44,404 bases of DNA from Candidatus Omnitrophota bacterium (GTDB taxonomy: Bacteria > Omnitrophota > Gorgyraeia > Duberdicusellales > 4484-171), in contig CP070807.1 of NCBI GenBank assembly GCA_020343695.1, positions 1,320,252 to 1,364,655 on the forward strand, written 5' to 3'. This document shows, one piece after another, positions 31,646 to 41,435 of the stretch; the first letter of the stretch is position 1; every line of letters starts with the position of its first letter. Made by a program: the position numbers and the translations under genes. A model generated the notes under the pieces. The model did no database searches. It was not told where the DNA came from and worked only from the letters and a program-made list of their open reading frames with translations.

Positions 31646-33982
31646 ATGAGAGAGAGACTAAAGCTGCACATTAACGGGATTGTTCAAGGAGTGGGCTTCC
31701 GTCCCTATATTTATAATCTCTCTCGGAAATTCCAATTGGATGGTTTCGTTTTCAATGACCCTAAGGGAGTAGTCATAGAGATCGAAGGTGCAAGGGTAAG
31801 AATTGAGCATTTTTTGAGGGAACTTAAAGAAAGTTCCCCCGCCGTCTCTTTCATCGATACGATAAGAAAAGAACGTATTGTGCCTCGAGGAGAAAGAGGA
31901 TTTCTCATCAAAGAGAGCATTGTAGCTAGAGAGAAATTTGTTTTTATCTCCCACGATCTTTCTGTCTGTGGTGATTGCCTAAGAGAGCTCTTTGAGAGAA
32001 AAAATAGGCGCTACCTTTACCCCTTCATAAATTGCACCAATTGTGGGCCACGATTTACCATTATAGAGGATGTTCCCTATGATCGGCCCCACACTACAAT
32101 GAGAGGTTTTAAAATGTGTTCTCTGTGTACGAATGAGTACCACAATCCTTCTGCGAGAAGATTTCATGCGCAACCGAATGCGTGCCTGCAGTGCGGCCCG
32201 GGGATGAATCTTTTCAGTAGTAAAGAAGGCCTAAGGGGGAGATTTAGATTCTTACAAGACACACAAGATGTTATTGAAAGAGCCGCTCAGCTCATCATAA
32301 AAGGAAAAATCATTGCAATAAAAGGAGTTGGAGGATATCACCTTGCCTGCGATGCAAAGAATACCGAAGTAGTCAGGCTCCTGCGTAAGAGAAAAGAAAG
32401 ACCTACCAAACCCTTTGCTCTTATGGTGGACAATTACAAGCTCTTAGGGCAGTATTGTGTTCTTAAGAGGGGGGAGAGAGAGATTTTTTGCAATCCTCGC
32501 CGCCCCATCGTTCTACTAAGAATTAGAAAGAAAGCGCATTGGATGGAAGCTGTTGCCCCGCATCAGGAGTATCTAGGAGTAATGTGTGCATATGCACCTC
32601 ACCATTATCTTCTTCTATCTGCTTTAAGAAAGTATCAAAAAGAGCCGATTCTTGTTATGACGTCAGCGAACAGAAAAGACTACCCTCTTGTGCATAGGGA
32701 GCAAGAATTGAAGCAGTTAAGGCACTGCGTAGATTACTTTCTAATTCATAACAGACCAATTCATATGCGGTGCGATGATTCTATTGTGAGGGTGTTCAGA
32801 AAGAGAGAAATTATTGTGCGTAAAGCGAGGGGCTATACCCCTGATTATGTTGAGTTGCCCTCGCTAAAAGAGCCTCTGCTAAAGGCCAGTGTGGATAAGA
32901 TAAAGATTCTTGGCTGTGGCGCGGAACTGAAAAATACCTTTTCAATTCTTAAGGATAATTATATAATCACATCACCCTACATCGGAGATTTAAAGAATTA
33001 CCACAATTATGAATTTTTCTTAAACACCCTCTCTTGCTACCGAAAAGTTTTTGGTTTTCATCCGGAAGTAGTAGCTTATGATTTTCACCCGGATTATCTT
33101 TCTACCCAGTACGCCCACTCGTTAGAATGTAAAAGAAAGGTCGGTATTCAACATCATCATGCTCACATCGCTGCGTGTATGGTGGACAATGCCCTTGCTG
33201 AGAAGGTTATCGGAGTCTGTTTCGATGGTGCCGGTTATGGTTTGGATCAAAAAATATGGGGAGGCGAATTCTTCATTGCAGATAGAAAAAGTTTTCTACG
33301 TGCAGGACATTTCAAATATTTCGGTTTAATCGGCGCACATAAGGCAATAGAAGAACCAGCGAGAGTTGCACTTTATTTGCTCTATGATTTCCTTAGAGAC
33401 AACCTCTTCGATTTAGATTTGCATTTCCTTCGACACTTCAAAAAGGAAGAATTAGATATATTTTTAAAACTCATAAGGCAGAGACACCTCCTTCTGACTT
33501 CTTCCGCAGGCAGATTATTTGATGCTGCTGCGAGCATTTTAAATTTAAAACACAAGATTAGTTATGAAGCAGAAGCAGCAATTTTGCTTGAAATGTACGC
33601 TTCGCATTTTAAAGGAAGGAGAGAAAGTTTTGGGTTTACCATTGGGAAAGAGAAAGGTATCTATTGTATCGATTGGCAGCCTTTGTTTTCCGATATGATA
33701 AAAGATATACAGATAGGTAAATCTGCTTCATTTATCGCGCACAAATTTCATTTCACTTTTGCCCGACTAATAAAAGAAATGGTAAAAAAACTCCGCAAAG
33801 ATTTTGGAATTAAAAAGGTTGTTCTCTCAGGAGGGGTTTTCCAGAATGCGTTACTTTTAAAAGAGACAGTGAAATTATTAGAGGAAGTTAAGTTCTCTGT
33901 ATATTATCACTCTCGGTTCCCTACCAACGACGCAGGAGTATCCGTAGGACAGGTAGTCGTTGCTTCAGAAAATATTACATAG
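31646..33982 (+). CDS. hypF: [NiFe]-hydrogenase maturation carbamoyltransferase HypF
   Basis: Acylphosphatase domain (INGIVQGVGFRPYIYNL). Two zinc-finger pairs (CGDCLRE...NCTNCGPRFTII; CSLCTNEY...CLQCGP). YrdC-like (IKGVGGYHLACDA) and Kae1-like C-terminal domains. The ATG at 31646 is preferred over the TTG at 31637, which overlaps the upstream stop. Confidence 0.95.
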   Translation: MRERLKLHINGIVQGVGFRPYIYNLSRKFQLDGFVFNDPKGVVIEIEGARVRIEHFLRELKESSPAVSFIDTIRKERIVPRGERGFLIKESIVAREKFVFISHDLSVCGDCLRELFERKNRRYLYPFINCTNCGPRFTIIEDVPYDRPHTTMRGFKMCSLCTNEYHNPSARRFHAQPNACLQCGPGMNLFSSKEGLRGRFRFLQDTQDVIERAAQLIIKGKIIAIKGVGGYHLACDAKNTEVVRLLRKRKERPTKPFALMVDNYKLLGQYCVLKRGEREIFCNPRRPIVLLRIRKKAHWMEAVAPHQEYLGVMCAYAPHHYLLLSALRKYQKEPILVMTSANRKDYPLVHREQELKQLRHCVDYFLIHNRPIHMRCDDSIVRVFRKREIIVRKARGYTPDYVELPSLKEPLLKASVDKIKILGCGAELKNTFSILKDNYIITSPYIGDLKNYHNYEFFLNTLSCYRKVFGFHPEVVAYDFHPDYLSTQYAHSLECKRKVGIQHHHAHIAACMVDNALAEKVIGVCFDGAGYGLDQKIWGGEFFIADRKSFLRAGHFKYFGLIGAHKAIEEPARVALYLLYDFLRDNLFDLDLHFLRHFKKEELDIFLKLIRQRHLLLTSSAGRLFDAAASILNLKHKISYEAEAAILLEMYASHFKGRRESFGFTIGKEKGIYCIDWQPLFSDMIKDIQIGKSASFIAHKFHFTFARLIKEMVKKLRKDFGIKKVVLSGGVFQNALLLKETVKLLEEVKFSVYYHSRFPTNDAGVSVGQVVVASENIT

Positions 33983-33994
33983 CGAGGAGGAATT

Positions 33995-34231
33995 ATGTGT
34001 TTAGCTTATCCTATGCAAGTAATGCAACTGAAAGGTAAGCATGCTGTAGTCGATGCCCAAGGCATCAGAAGGGAAGTCAATATTGAATTTTTAAAAGGAT
34101 TAAAGGTGGGAGATTATGTGATGATTCATGCGGGGTTTGCGATAGAAAGATATGATGCCAAAAAAGCCAGGCAGACTCTTGAGTATGTTAAGGAGTATAT
34201 GGATGGTATACGAAAATCTTCTAAGAGATAA
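33995..34231 (+). CDS. hypC: Hydrogenase assembly chaperone HypC/HupF
   Basis: N-terminal MCLAYPMQV (the essential Cys2 motif MCL[GA].P), 78 aa, strong SD (GAGGAGG). Confidence 0.9.
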   Translation: MCLAYPMQVMQLKGKHAVVDAQGIRREVNIEFLKGLKVGDYVMIHAGFAIERYDAKKARQTLEYVKEYMDGIRKSSKR

Positions 34232-35291
34232 AAGAGCTATTAGAGAGTTGATTCGCAGGATTGAATCTTTAAAGATAACCAGAGATGTCAATATAATGGA
34301 GGTCTGCGGCACTCATACATACACTTTTTTTCGATTCGGCTTACGAAAGATTATGCCTTCCTTCGTAAATTTAATTTCTGGGCCAGGATGTCCCGTATGT
34401 ATTACGGAAGATATATTTATTGATAAGGCAATTTTACTTGCACAAGAAAAAAAGAATGTAATTGCGACCTTTGGAGATCTTGTGAGAGTGAAAGGAACTC
34501 GGTCTTCTTTAGAGCAAGAGCGGGCAAAAGGCGCACATATCTTAGTTGTCTATTCTCCTTATGAAGCCCTTGACTATGCTCGCACACACCCAGAGAAAAG
34601 AGTGATTTTTTTGGGGGTTGGGTTTGAAACAACTGCACCTGTGATTGCTTCGGTGGTAAAGAAAGCAAAAGAAAAAAAATTGAAAAATTTCTTTCTTCTT
34701 ACAAGCCATCGTTTAATTCCTCCGGCAATGCAGACTCTGTGTGAAGATAAAGATATAAAGATAGATGGATTTATTTGCCCTGGTCATGTCTCAGCAATTA
34801 TTGGCCAGCGGCCCTATGAGAGTATTGTAAAACGATATAGAAAAGGTTGTGTTATTTGCGGTTTTGAGCCTTTTGATATGGTGCTTGGTATTTACCTGCT
34901 TCTTTTACAAATAAAGAATAATAGACCTAAAATGGAAAATGAATACAAGCGAGTAGTCAATCCCCGCGGTAACCCCTTGGCAGAGAAGCTGTTAAGAGAG
35001 GTATTTAAAGTAGTTGATGCTCCATGGCGGGGGTTTGGAATCGTGCGAAAGAGTGGTTTAGCATTGCATGAGCGCTATCAGGATTTAGACGCTCATCAAT
35101 TGATCAGACGAAATATTCATTTTGAAAGGAGAAAGAGCGAGGGTTGTCTTTGTGCTGAAGTTGTGAAAGGAAAAATTGGTCCCTCACAGTGCCCGCAATT
35201 TCGAAAAATCTGCACTCCACAAGATCCTTTAGGCCCATGCATGATTTCTTTTGAGGGAACGTGTAGAATTTACTATGAATACGGAGAATGA
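34203..35291 (+). CDS. hypD: Hydrogenase maturation Fe-S protein HypD
   Basis: Motifs CGTHT (MEVCGTHTY), GPGCPVC, GFETTAP and PGHVS, plus a C-terminal Cys cluster (GCLC..QCP..ICTP..GPC..GTC). The start is set at the ATG at 34203 (AAGGAG at 34190-34195), overlapping hypC by 29 nt. The track start at 34152 is less likely. Confidence 0.9.
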   Translation: MVYENLLRDKRAIRELIRRIESLKITRDVNIMEVCGTHTYTFFRFGLRKIMPSFVNLISGPGCPVCITEDIFIDKAILLAQEKKNVIATFGDLVRVKGTRSSLEQERAKGAHILVVYSPYEALDYARTHPEKRVIFLGVGFETTAPVIASVVKKAKEKKLKNFFLLTSHRLIPPAMQTLCEDKDIKIDGFICPGHVSAIIGQRPYESIVKRYRKGCVICGFEPFDMVLGIYLLLLQIKNNRPKMENEYKRVVNPRGNPLAEKLLREVFKVVDAPWRGFGIVRKSGLALHERYQDLDAHQLIRRNIHFERRKSEGCLCAEVVKGKIGPSQCPQFRKICTPQDPLGPCMISFEGTCRIYYEYGE

Positions 35292-35404
35292 TTTGATAAA
35301 ATAAATGAAGCTCGGACTTATGGAGCCAGAAAAGCGAACGAATGTAAGTCCGATGGCGGATACTGAAGTCCATAAGTCGTGGTCTCATTGAAAGGAGGTT
35401 AGAT

Positions 35405-35887
35405 ATGGAAGAAATTTTAGAGATCTTGGAAGAGAATGCGAGAATTTCCTTAGAAGATTTGGCGAAACTCACGGGAAGAAATAAAAAAGAGATAGAACGG
35501 GTAATAAAAGGATTTGAGAGAAAAGGGGTAATTGTAAAGTATAAAACAGTCATCAACAAAGATAAAGTTAAAGGCGAGAAAGGAGTTGTGGCAATTATCG
35601 AAGTGAAGGTTATCCCCCAAAAAGACGTAGGTTTTGATCTTGTCGCGGAAAGAATTTACAGATTTCCTGAGGTAAAAAGTTGCTATCTTCTCTCAGGAAC
35701 CTACGATTTACTCTTGGTGGTAGAGGGTAAAGACATCCATACTGTAGCGAATTTTGTATCAGAGAAATTGGCCCCTTTAAGCAGTGTAAAAGGAACAATC
35801 ACCCACTTCATGTTGAAGAAGTATAAAGAAGACGGTGTGATTTTAGTAAAAGAGGACAAGATGAGGAGGTTGGCGATAACCTACTAA
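35405..35887 (+). CDS. Lrp/AsnC-family transcriptional regulator
   Basis: N-terminal HTH (ILEILEENARISLEDLAKLTGRNKKEIERVIKGFERKGVI) and a C-terminal RAM/AsnC_trans_reg domain (AIIEVKV....YRFPEVKSCYLLSGTYDLLLVVEG). Strong SD (AAAGGAGGT). Confidence 0.9.
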   Translation: MEEILEILEENARISLEDLAKLTGRNKKEIERVIKGFERKGVIVKYKTVINKDKVKGEKGVVAIIEVKVIPQKDVGFDLVAERIYRFPEVKSCYLLSGTYDLLLVVEGKDIHTVANFVSEKLAPLSSVKGTITHFMLKKYKEDGVILVKEDKMRRLAITY

Positions 35888-35929
35888 GAGGACAAATCCG
35901 AAGCCGTTTCGAATTTTGTGAGAGGGATT

Positions 35930-37081
35930 ATGATTGCTGATAGAATAGAAAAATTAGCGCCGTCAGGGATTCGAGCTTTTTTTGATCTCGTTTTAGGAAT
36001 GCCTGATGTGATTTCTTTAGGAGTAGGTGAACCTGATTTTATCACACCATGGAAGATTAGAGAAAAAGCGATTACTGCCCTTGAAGAAGGATTCACCTCG
36101 TATACTTCCAACCAGGGACTTTTTGTGTTGCGGCAAGATATTGCACGCTATTTAAAGAAGAAATATTCTTTATACTATACCCCCAAGGAAGAGATTCTTA
36201 TCACAGTGGGAGTAAGTGAAGGTTTTGATTTAGCGTTACGAGCGATTTTAGAACCTGGCGATTCCGTCATTATTGTAAGCCCCCACTATGTTTCGTATCC
36301 TGCTCTGGTTGAAGTGGCGTATGGAAAGGTATTGTATCTGGTTACGAAAGAAGAAGATGGTTTTAAGATTAATCCCAAGAAGTTATGCGAGCTTGTAAAG
36401 AAGAACCCTAAGGCGATCGTCCTAAATTATCCCTCTAATCCCACAGGGGTAACATATAGCAGAGAAGAGTTAAAAGAGATATGGAAGATTCTCTCATCAA
36501 AAGAAATACTGGTGATAAGCGATGAGATTTATGGAGAATTAACCTACGATGCAGATCACGTTCCAGTTGCCTCGTTAGATAAAAAAGCAAAGCGACAGAC
36601 AATACTCTTAAGTGGTTTTTCCAAAGGTTACGCGATGACTGGTTTTAGAGTCGGGTTTGCCTGCGCGCATAAGAAGATTATTTCAGCGATGACAAAAATC
36701 CATGCATACTCGATGCTCTGCGGACCCATCATATCACAACTAGCTGCTACTGAAGCACTTAAAGCACAAAGAGAAGTTATACAAATGCGTCAGGAGTATA
36801 AACGGAGAAGAGATTTTATTGTGAAAGAACTTAATGCCTTGGGGCTTTCGGTCACACAACCACAGGGAGCATTTTATTGTTTTCCGTCTCTGGGGAAGTT
36901 TAAATTAAACTCTTTAGAGTTTGCGAAGAAACTCCTCTTTGAGGAAAAAGTAGCTGTGGTACCAGGCCGAGCATTTGGGAAGGAATTTGATTCATATCTA
37001 CGTATCTCCTACGCGAATACCTTAGATAATTTGAAAAAGGCAATCATACGAATTGAGCGGTTCCTTAAGAAATTGCCATAG
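35930..37081 (+). CDS. Class I/II PLP-dependent aminotransferase (aspartate/aromatic type)
   Basis: APSGIRAFFDL, ISLGVGEPDF, NYPSNPTG, and SGFSKGYAMTGFRVGF (PLP-lysine motif SxSK). The ATG at 35930 is preferred over the GTG at 35918. Confidence 0.9.
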   Translation: MIADRIEKLAPSGIRAFFDLVLGMPDVISLGVGEPDFITPWKIREKAITALEEGFTSYTSNQGLFVLRQDIARYLKKKYSLYYTPKEEILITVGVSEGFDLALRAILEPGDSVIIVSPHYVSYPALVEVAYGKVLYLVTKEEDGFKINPKKLCELVKKNPKAIVLNYPSNPTGVTYSREELKEIWKILSSKEILVISDEIYGELTYDADHVPVASLDKKAKRQTILLSGFSKGYAMTGFRVGFACAHKKIISAMTKIHAYSMLCGPIISQLAATEALKAQREVIQMRQEYKRRRDFIVKELNALGLSVTQPQGAFYCFPSLGKFKLNSLEFAKKLLFEEKVAVVPGRAFGKEFDSYLRISYANTLDNLKKAIIRIERFLKKLP

Positions 37082-37095
37082 CAGATACTCTAAAG

Positions 37096-37386
37096 ATGGG
37101 AGTTTCGAAAATAATCAAGATAGGTAAATATTCGATCCAGGCGTTTGCAATTCCGCTCCAGACAAAAAGATTTATTCTTCTCAAAGGACGCAAGGGATAT
37201 GTAATGTGTGGATATTTAAATCTAAAGGCAGCCAATGCATTCAGAGACGTTGCAGTAAGGATTGTAGGGGTATCTACAATCAAGCAGGCATTAGGAACTA
37301 AAGTTCATTCCTTAAGTCATTCAGCCCAAAGATTAGGCATACACAAGGGTCAATTGATCAGAGACGTACTGAAAATTATCGCCTAA
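37096..37386 (+). CDS. DUF1805 (YunC-like) small protein
   Basis: KGYVMCGYLNLKAANAFRDVAVRIVGVSTIKQAL....AQRLGIHKGQLIRDVL parallels the B. subtilis YunC pattern as I recall it (KGYIMCGALD...AGRAVGVRTIDQLL...AEELGIKVGMSGREAL). Confidence 0.7.
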   Translation: MGVSKIIKIGKYSIQAFAIPLQTKRFILLKGRKGYVMCGYLNLKAANAFRDVAVRIVGVSTIKQALGTKVHSLSHSAQRLGIHKGQLIRDVLKIIA

Positions 37387-37430
37387 TATTTTCTGAACAG
37401 CCAGATGTTATTATACTAGGAGGGATAGCT

Positions 37431-39779
37431 ATGAAGATGACAATGATTAAGCGTAACCAATTAGAAAGCATTTTGTTTTGCTGCTGGGTGTTTGCTATAA
37501 GTTGTCTGTTGCATGGCTGTAGCCCCTCTTTAGAAAAATTCTCCTCTCGTTATAAAAAAATTACTCACCGTTATGAAGAGATGCTGAAAGCCGAACCTAC
37601 AGATGAGGCGTTGCGCCTCAAACTAGCAGAATTTTACTATACAATGAATGATTATCAAAAGATAAAGAATCTGCTTCAGGAAAGTGAATCAAGAAGCGCA
37701 AAAGTTCTTTTTGCGAAAGCGTGTGTTCACCTAAAAGAGTACACCCTCGCCTATGAAACATTTGAACAGTTAGGCCCAAGCAAGGATAATGAGTACCTCT
37801 ATCTTTACGCACAAACATTGGAAGAAAAGAACCTATTTCCTCGCGCAATCACTGTATACAAAAAAGTGGAGCCTCCTTTGAAAAAATTAGCTCAGCAGCG
37901 GATTAAAGAGATTGGTATCAAGATAGAGGAAGGAGTTCCTGTCGGCCTCCAAAAGCTCCTTGGAGAGGAAGAAGAATTTCTTTCACGCATAGAGAAAGAA
38001 GAAGCAGTGGTGCTCTTTGTCGATGAAGAGATAGAGATTAAAGAAAATAATACCTCGATTGCATCTTTGCATGTAGTAGAAAAAGTGCTCAAAGAGAAGG
38101 GTAAACGCCTTGGAGAAGTGACGATTGGGTATGATTCCACCCATGAGAGAGTGGAGTTGGAGTATGCCAGGACCATCACCCCTGAAGGTAAAGTTGTCTA
38201 TGTCGGGAAAGAGAACATTCGAGATGTGAGTAAGTATTTGAACTATCCCCTCTATAGTAATGCCCGGGCATTTATCATCTCTATGCCTTCGGTTGAAGTT
38301 GGCTCAATTGTTGAGTATAAAGCAAAGATTTACTCTTCTCAGCTCATCAATGACGATGATTTTACCTTTTTGTATCGCCTACAGGAAGGTTATCCAATCG
38401 TGAGAGCATCGTTTCGGCTCAGTTTCCCCAAGAACAGAGACGTACAGTGTCGCTTTATCAATGAACAGTATGCCCAGGGTATTAATTTAGATCCTACCAC
38501 AGAAGAAAGACAAAATAAAAGAGTATATTCTTGGGAATTTCGTCATATACCTGCCCTCATTCCTGAGGATAAGATGCCCCCTCGTTCTTACGTAAACCCG
38601 GCGATATTGATATCGAGTTTTTCTTCTTGGAAAGAAATTTATTCCTGGTGGCATGAGCTATTTCAAGACAAGCTTGCTCTCACTGAAGAGATAAAAAAGT
38701 TTTTAGCTGATTTAATAAAAGATTGTAAAACTGACTATGAAAAGGCAAAAAAAATTTATGAATTTTGCTCCCAAGAGATTCGTTATGTAGGGGTAGAATA
38801 TGGAGAGAGCGGCTATGAACCTCATCATGCAAAGGATGTATTTTGGAATCGATACGGAGACTGTAAAGATAAAGCGACGCTTCTTGTTGCAATGTTACGA
38901 GAAGCTGGTATGAGTGCCTTTCCTGTATTAATCCCTACGCGAGAGGTGTATTCAATTGATGAGAATTTTGCCTCCGTCAATTTTAACCATGCCATAGCCG
39001 CCTTCCAGCATAATGATCAGATACTATTCATGGACGCAACCTCTTCTACCACTGCATTTTCCGATTTACCATTAGGTGATCAAGAGAGAGAAGTTTTAAT
39101 ATTTTTTGATGACGGATATAAGATTATGAGTACTCCTCTCTTGGAGGAAAACGAGGTTGTGTACACAACATATGTAGAAATCGATAATAATGAAGATGCG
39201 AAAATCACAAGGAAAATTACGACAAAAGGTTTCTATGCCACTTTTCAACGTTTCTATTTTAAATATTCCCATCCTCAAGAAATCGAAGATAATATTCAAA
39301 ACAAAATAGTCGAGATCAGTCCATTCTCTAAATTAGTATCGTATAAAATTGAGAACGTTGATGATTATGGTAAATTTCCTACTTTGGAGTATTCATTTGT
39401 GACGAGCAAAATTTTGAATCCCGCCAAGAATCTACGAATATTTCCCGATTTTGGCGATATCGGAATTGATACTGCATACGCAGGTAAAAAAGAGAGAATT
39501 TTCCCTGTGGAGTTCGAAGGAATCTTTCGCAAAGTCTCTCGGGTAGAGGTGCGCCTGCCCCCGCATTTAAAAGTCAAATATCTTCCCCCAAACCAGTCGT
39601 TCGATACAGAATGGTTTACTTTTAAAGCAGTCTCCAAAAAGAAGAAGAATGCTTTTGAATTTTATCAAGAATTTGCCGTAAGGAAGAGATTTGTGGCAAA
39701 AGAAGATTATAAGAAGTTTAAGAAAAATTTAGAAAAGGTATTTTACTTATTGAGCGAGAAAGTAATTCTCGCAAAGTAG
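37431..39779 (+). CDS. Lipoprotein with TPR-like N-terminus, DUF3857-like domain and transglutaminase-like cysteine protease core
   Basis: Lipobox-like CLLHGC at the signal-peptide end. Cys-His-Asp triad context: YGDCKDKATLLVAMLREAGMSAFPVLI, NFNHAIAAF, LFMDATS. Length is 782 aa. Confidence 0.8.
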   Translation: MKMTMIKRNQLESILFCCWVFAISCLLHGCSPSLEKFSSRYKKITHRYEEMLKAEPTDEALRLKLAEFYYTMNDYQKIKNLLQESESRSAKVLFAKACVHLKEYTLAYETFEQLGPSKDNEYLYLYAQTLEEKNLFPRAITVYKKVEPPLKKLAQQRIKEIGIKIEEGVPVGLQKLLGEEEEFLSRIEKEEAVVLFVDEEIEIKENNTSIASLHVVEKVLKEKGKRLGEVTIGYDSTHERVELEYARTITPEGKVVYVGKENIRDVSKYLNYPLYSNARAFIISMPSVEVGSIVEYKAKIYSSQLINDDDFTFLYRLQEGYPIVRASFRLSFPKNRDVQCRFINEQYAQGINLDPTTEERQNKRVYSWEFRHIPALIPEDKMPPRSYVNPAILISSFSSWKEIYSWWHELFQDKLALTEEIKKFLADLIKDCKTDYEKAKKIYEFCSQEIRYVGVEYGESGYEPHHAKDVFWNRYGDCKDKATLLVAMLREAGMSAFPVLIPTREVYSIDENFASVNFNHAIAAFQHNDQILFMDATSSTTAFSDLPLGDQEREVLIFFDDGYKIMSTPLLEENEVVYTTYVEIDNNEDAKITRKITTKGFYATFQRFYFKYSHPQEIEDNIQNKIVEISPFSKLVSYKIENVDDYGKFPTLEYSFVTSKILNPAKNLRIFPDFGDIGIDTAYAGKKERIFPVEFEGIFRKVSRVEVRLPPHLKVKYLPPNQSFDTEWFTFKAVSKKKKNAFEFYQEFAVRKRFVAKEDYKKFKKNLEKVFYLLSEKVILAK

Positions 39780-39812
39780 CAATAACTCTTCAGGTATCTG
39801 CCTGATATAAAA

Positions 39813-40184
39813 ATGAAGAAAAAGAAAAAGAAGAGTTTTGAGATACGATTTTATGAGGACCTCACCAAAGGCAATCCTCGTTTCATCCAAGCCCTCTGGT
39901 GTTTAGGCGATGCTTATACCAGAGACGGTTTTTACGAGGAAGGACTCGAAGTAGATAGAAAGCTAGTGAGATTAAAGCCTGAAGATCCCGTTGTCCATTA
40001 TAATCTCGCCTGTTCCCTTTCTTTAGTAGGCCACATTGGGCAGGCTTTGGAAGCGTTAAAAAGAGCCGTACTTTTAGGATACAGTGATTTTTCCTATATT
40101 TTAAAAGACCCTGATCTTGAGAGCGTGAGAAATCACCCCCATTTTAAAGGTTTTTTTGCGAGGATAAAAAGACTGAAATTGTAA
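39813..40184 (+). CDS. Small TPR-like protein with poly-Lys N-terminus
   Basis: MKKKKKKS..., then TPR-like helices (ALWCLGDAYTRDGFYEEGLEVDRKLVRLKPEDPVVHYNLACSLSLVGHIGQALEALKRAV) and the frequent terminal pattern DPDLESVRNHPHFKGF. Confidence 0.6.
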   Translation: MKKKKKKSFEIRFYEDLTKGNPRFIQALWCLGDAYTRDGFYEEGLEVDRKLVRLKPEDPVVHYNLACSLSLVGHIGQALEALKRAVLLGYSDFSYILKDPDLESVRNHPHFKGFFARIKRLKL

Positions 40185-40268
40185 TCATCCCCTTCCCATT
40201 ACAATCAAGTACGTAGATGCAAGAAAGACGCCTGCGGCTTAAGGCATCTTGCGTGAATCAAAGGAACG

Positions 40269-41435
40269 ATGTCTCTACAACATGAACCCCTCGAACTACT
40301 TCAGCAGTTGGTCAGAATTGATTCTCAAAATCCGCCAGGAAACTCCAAAGAGATAATTTTCTTTATTCGAGAATACCTCAAGCAATTACACATTCCATTT
40401 TCTGTGTATGAAGTTTCGAAAAATAGATTCAATCTGGTGTGTACGGTCCGATCAAAGAATGCGCGAAAGAAAATACTCTTTGCTCCCCACGTCGATACGG
40501 TCCCTGCCACAGGCAGGTGGCGATTTTCTCCTTTTGGAGGCGTAGTCTATAGAGGAAGATTATATGGTCGAGGAACAACGGATTGCAAAGTGAATGTTGC
40601 CGCAGCCCTTTATCTTATCAAAAGGCTTAAACTAGAGAATACGCGGCTCAATAATTTAGATTTAGTTTTCGCCTTTTGCGGTGATGAAGAAACAGGAAGT
40701 AAATTTGGCATTATTCCTTTGATGAAGGTTTTAAAGAATATAGATTACGGTATAGTTTTAGATGCAAATGAATTTAATATTGTTGTTGCCCAGAAAGGGC
40801 TTCTCCACCTCAGGGTAGAATTTTTTGGCAAAGAAGCTCACGGGGCTTACCCTCACCGAGGCATCAATGCCATTGTAAAAGCCATCGCGGCTTTAGAAGA
40901 AATTGTCAAGCACGGATTCTTACGTAAGAGGCCACACCCTATCTTAAAAAAGCCCACTTTAAATATAGGTAGATTCATAGGGGGTGATAAAGTGAATATT
41001 GTCGCCGGTTCTGCCTTCTTTGAATTAGACATACGGTATCTTCCTTCAATGGATAAAAATGAAATCATTCGTGATATAGAGAGGATCGCCAGAAAGAAAG
41101 GAAAATATAAAGTTAAAATTCTTGCCCATCAGGGCCCAATTGAAATCCCCAGGGATAGTTTTTCCCTAAACATTTTAAGGGGTGTATTAAGGGCAAAGAA
41201 GATACATTCGCGCCTTATTCCCTCTTTTGGTGCTACAGTGATTAATTTCCTAAAAGCGCGAGGAATTGAAACGTTTGCATTTGGTTTTGGTACAAAAGGG
41301 TGTGCCCACACAAAAGACGAGTATGTGAAGGTAGACAATCTCTACAAGGGGATAGAGGTTTTATGTGAGTATGTAAAAAAATTGGATAAAAAGCTTGAGA
41401 ATGAAAAAATTCGGGCGAGGATAGCCAATGTTTAA
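40269..41435 (+). CDS. M20-family metallopeptidase/deacylase (ArgE/DapE-like)
   Basis: LFAPHVDTVPA, RLYGRGTTDCKVNVAAAL, CGDEETGS, and the dimerisation-domain pattern GKEAHGAYPHRGINAI. Length is 388 aa. Confidence 0.85.
   Translation: MSLQHEPLELLQQLVRIDSQNPPGNSKEIIFFIREYLKQLHIPFSVYEVSKNRFNLVCTVRSKNARKKILFAPHVDTVPATGRWRFSPFGGVVYRGRLYGRGTTDCKVNVAAALYLIKRLKLENTRLNNLDLVFAFCGDEETGSKFGIIPLMKVLKNIDYGIVLDANEFNIVVAQKGLLHLRVEFFGKEAHGAYPHRGINAIVKAIAALEEIVKHGFLRKRPHPILKKPTLNIGRFIGGDKVNIVAGSAFFELDIRYLPSMDKNEIIRDIERIARKKGKYKVKILAHQGPIEIPRDSFSLNILRGVLRAKKIHSRLIPSFGATVINFLKARGIETFAFGFGTKGCAHTKDEYVKVDNLYKGIEVLCEYVKKLDKKLENEKIRARIANV

Noticed and set aside
34152-34202. Upstream extension of hypD (track start 34152)
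   Set aside because: It would overlap hypC by 80 nt. The ATG at 34203 has an AAGGAG SD at the ideal distance, and the HypD homology begins there.
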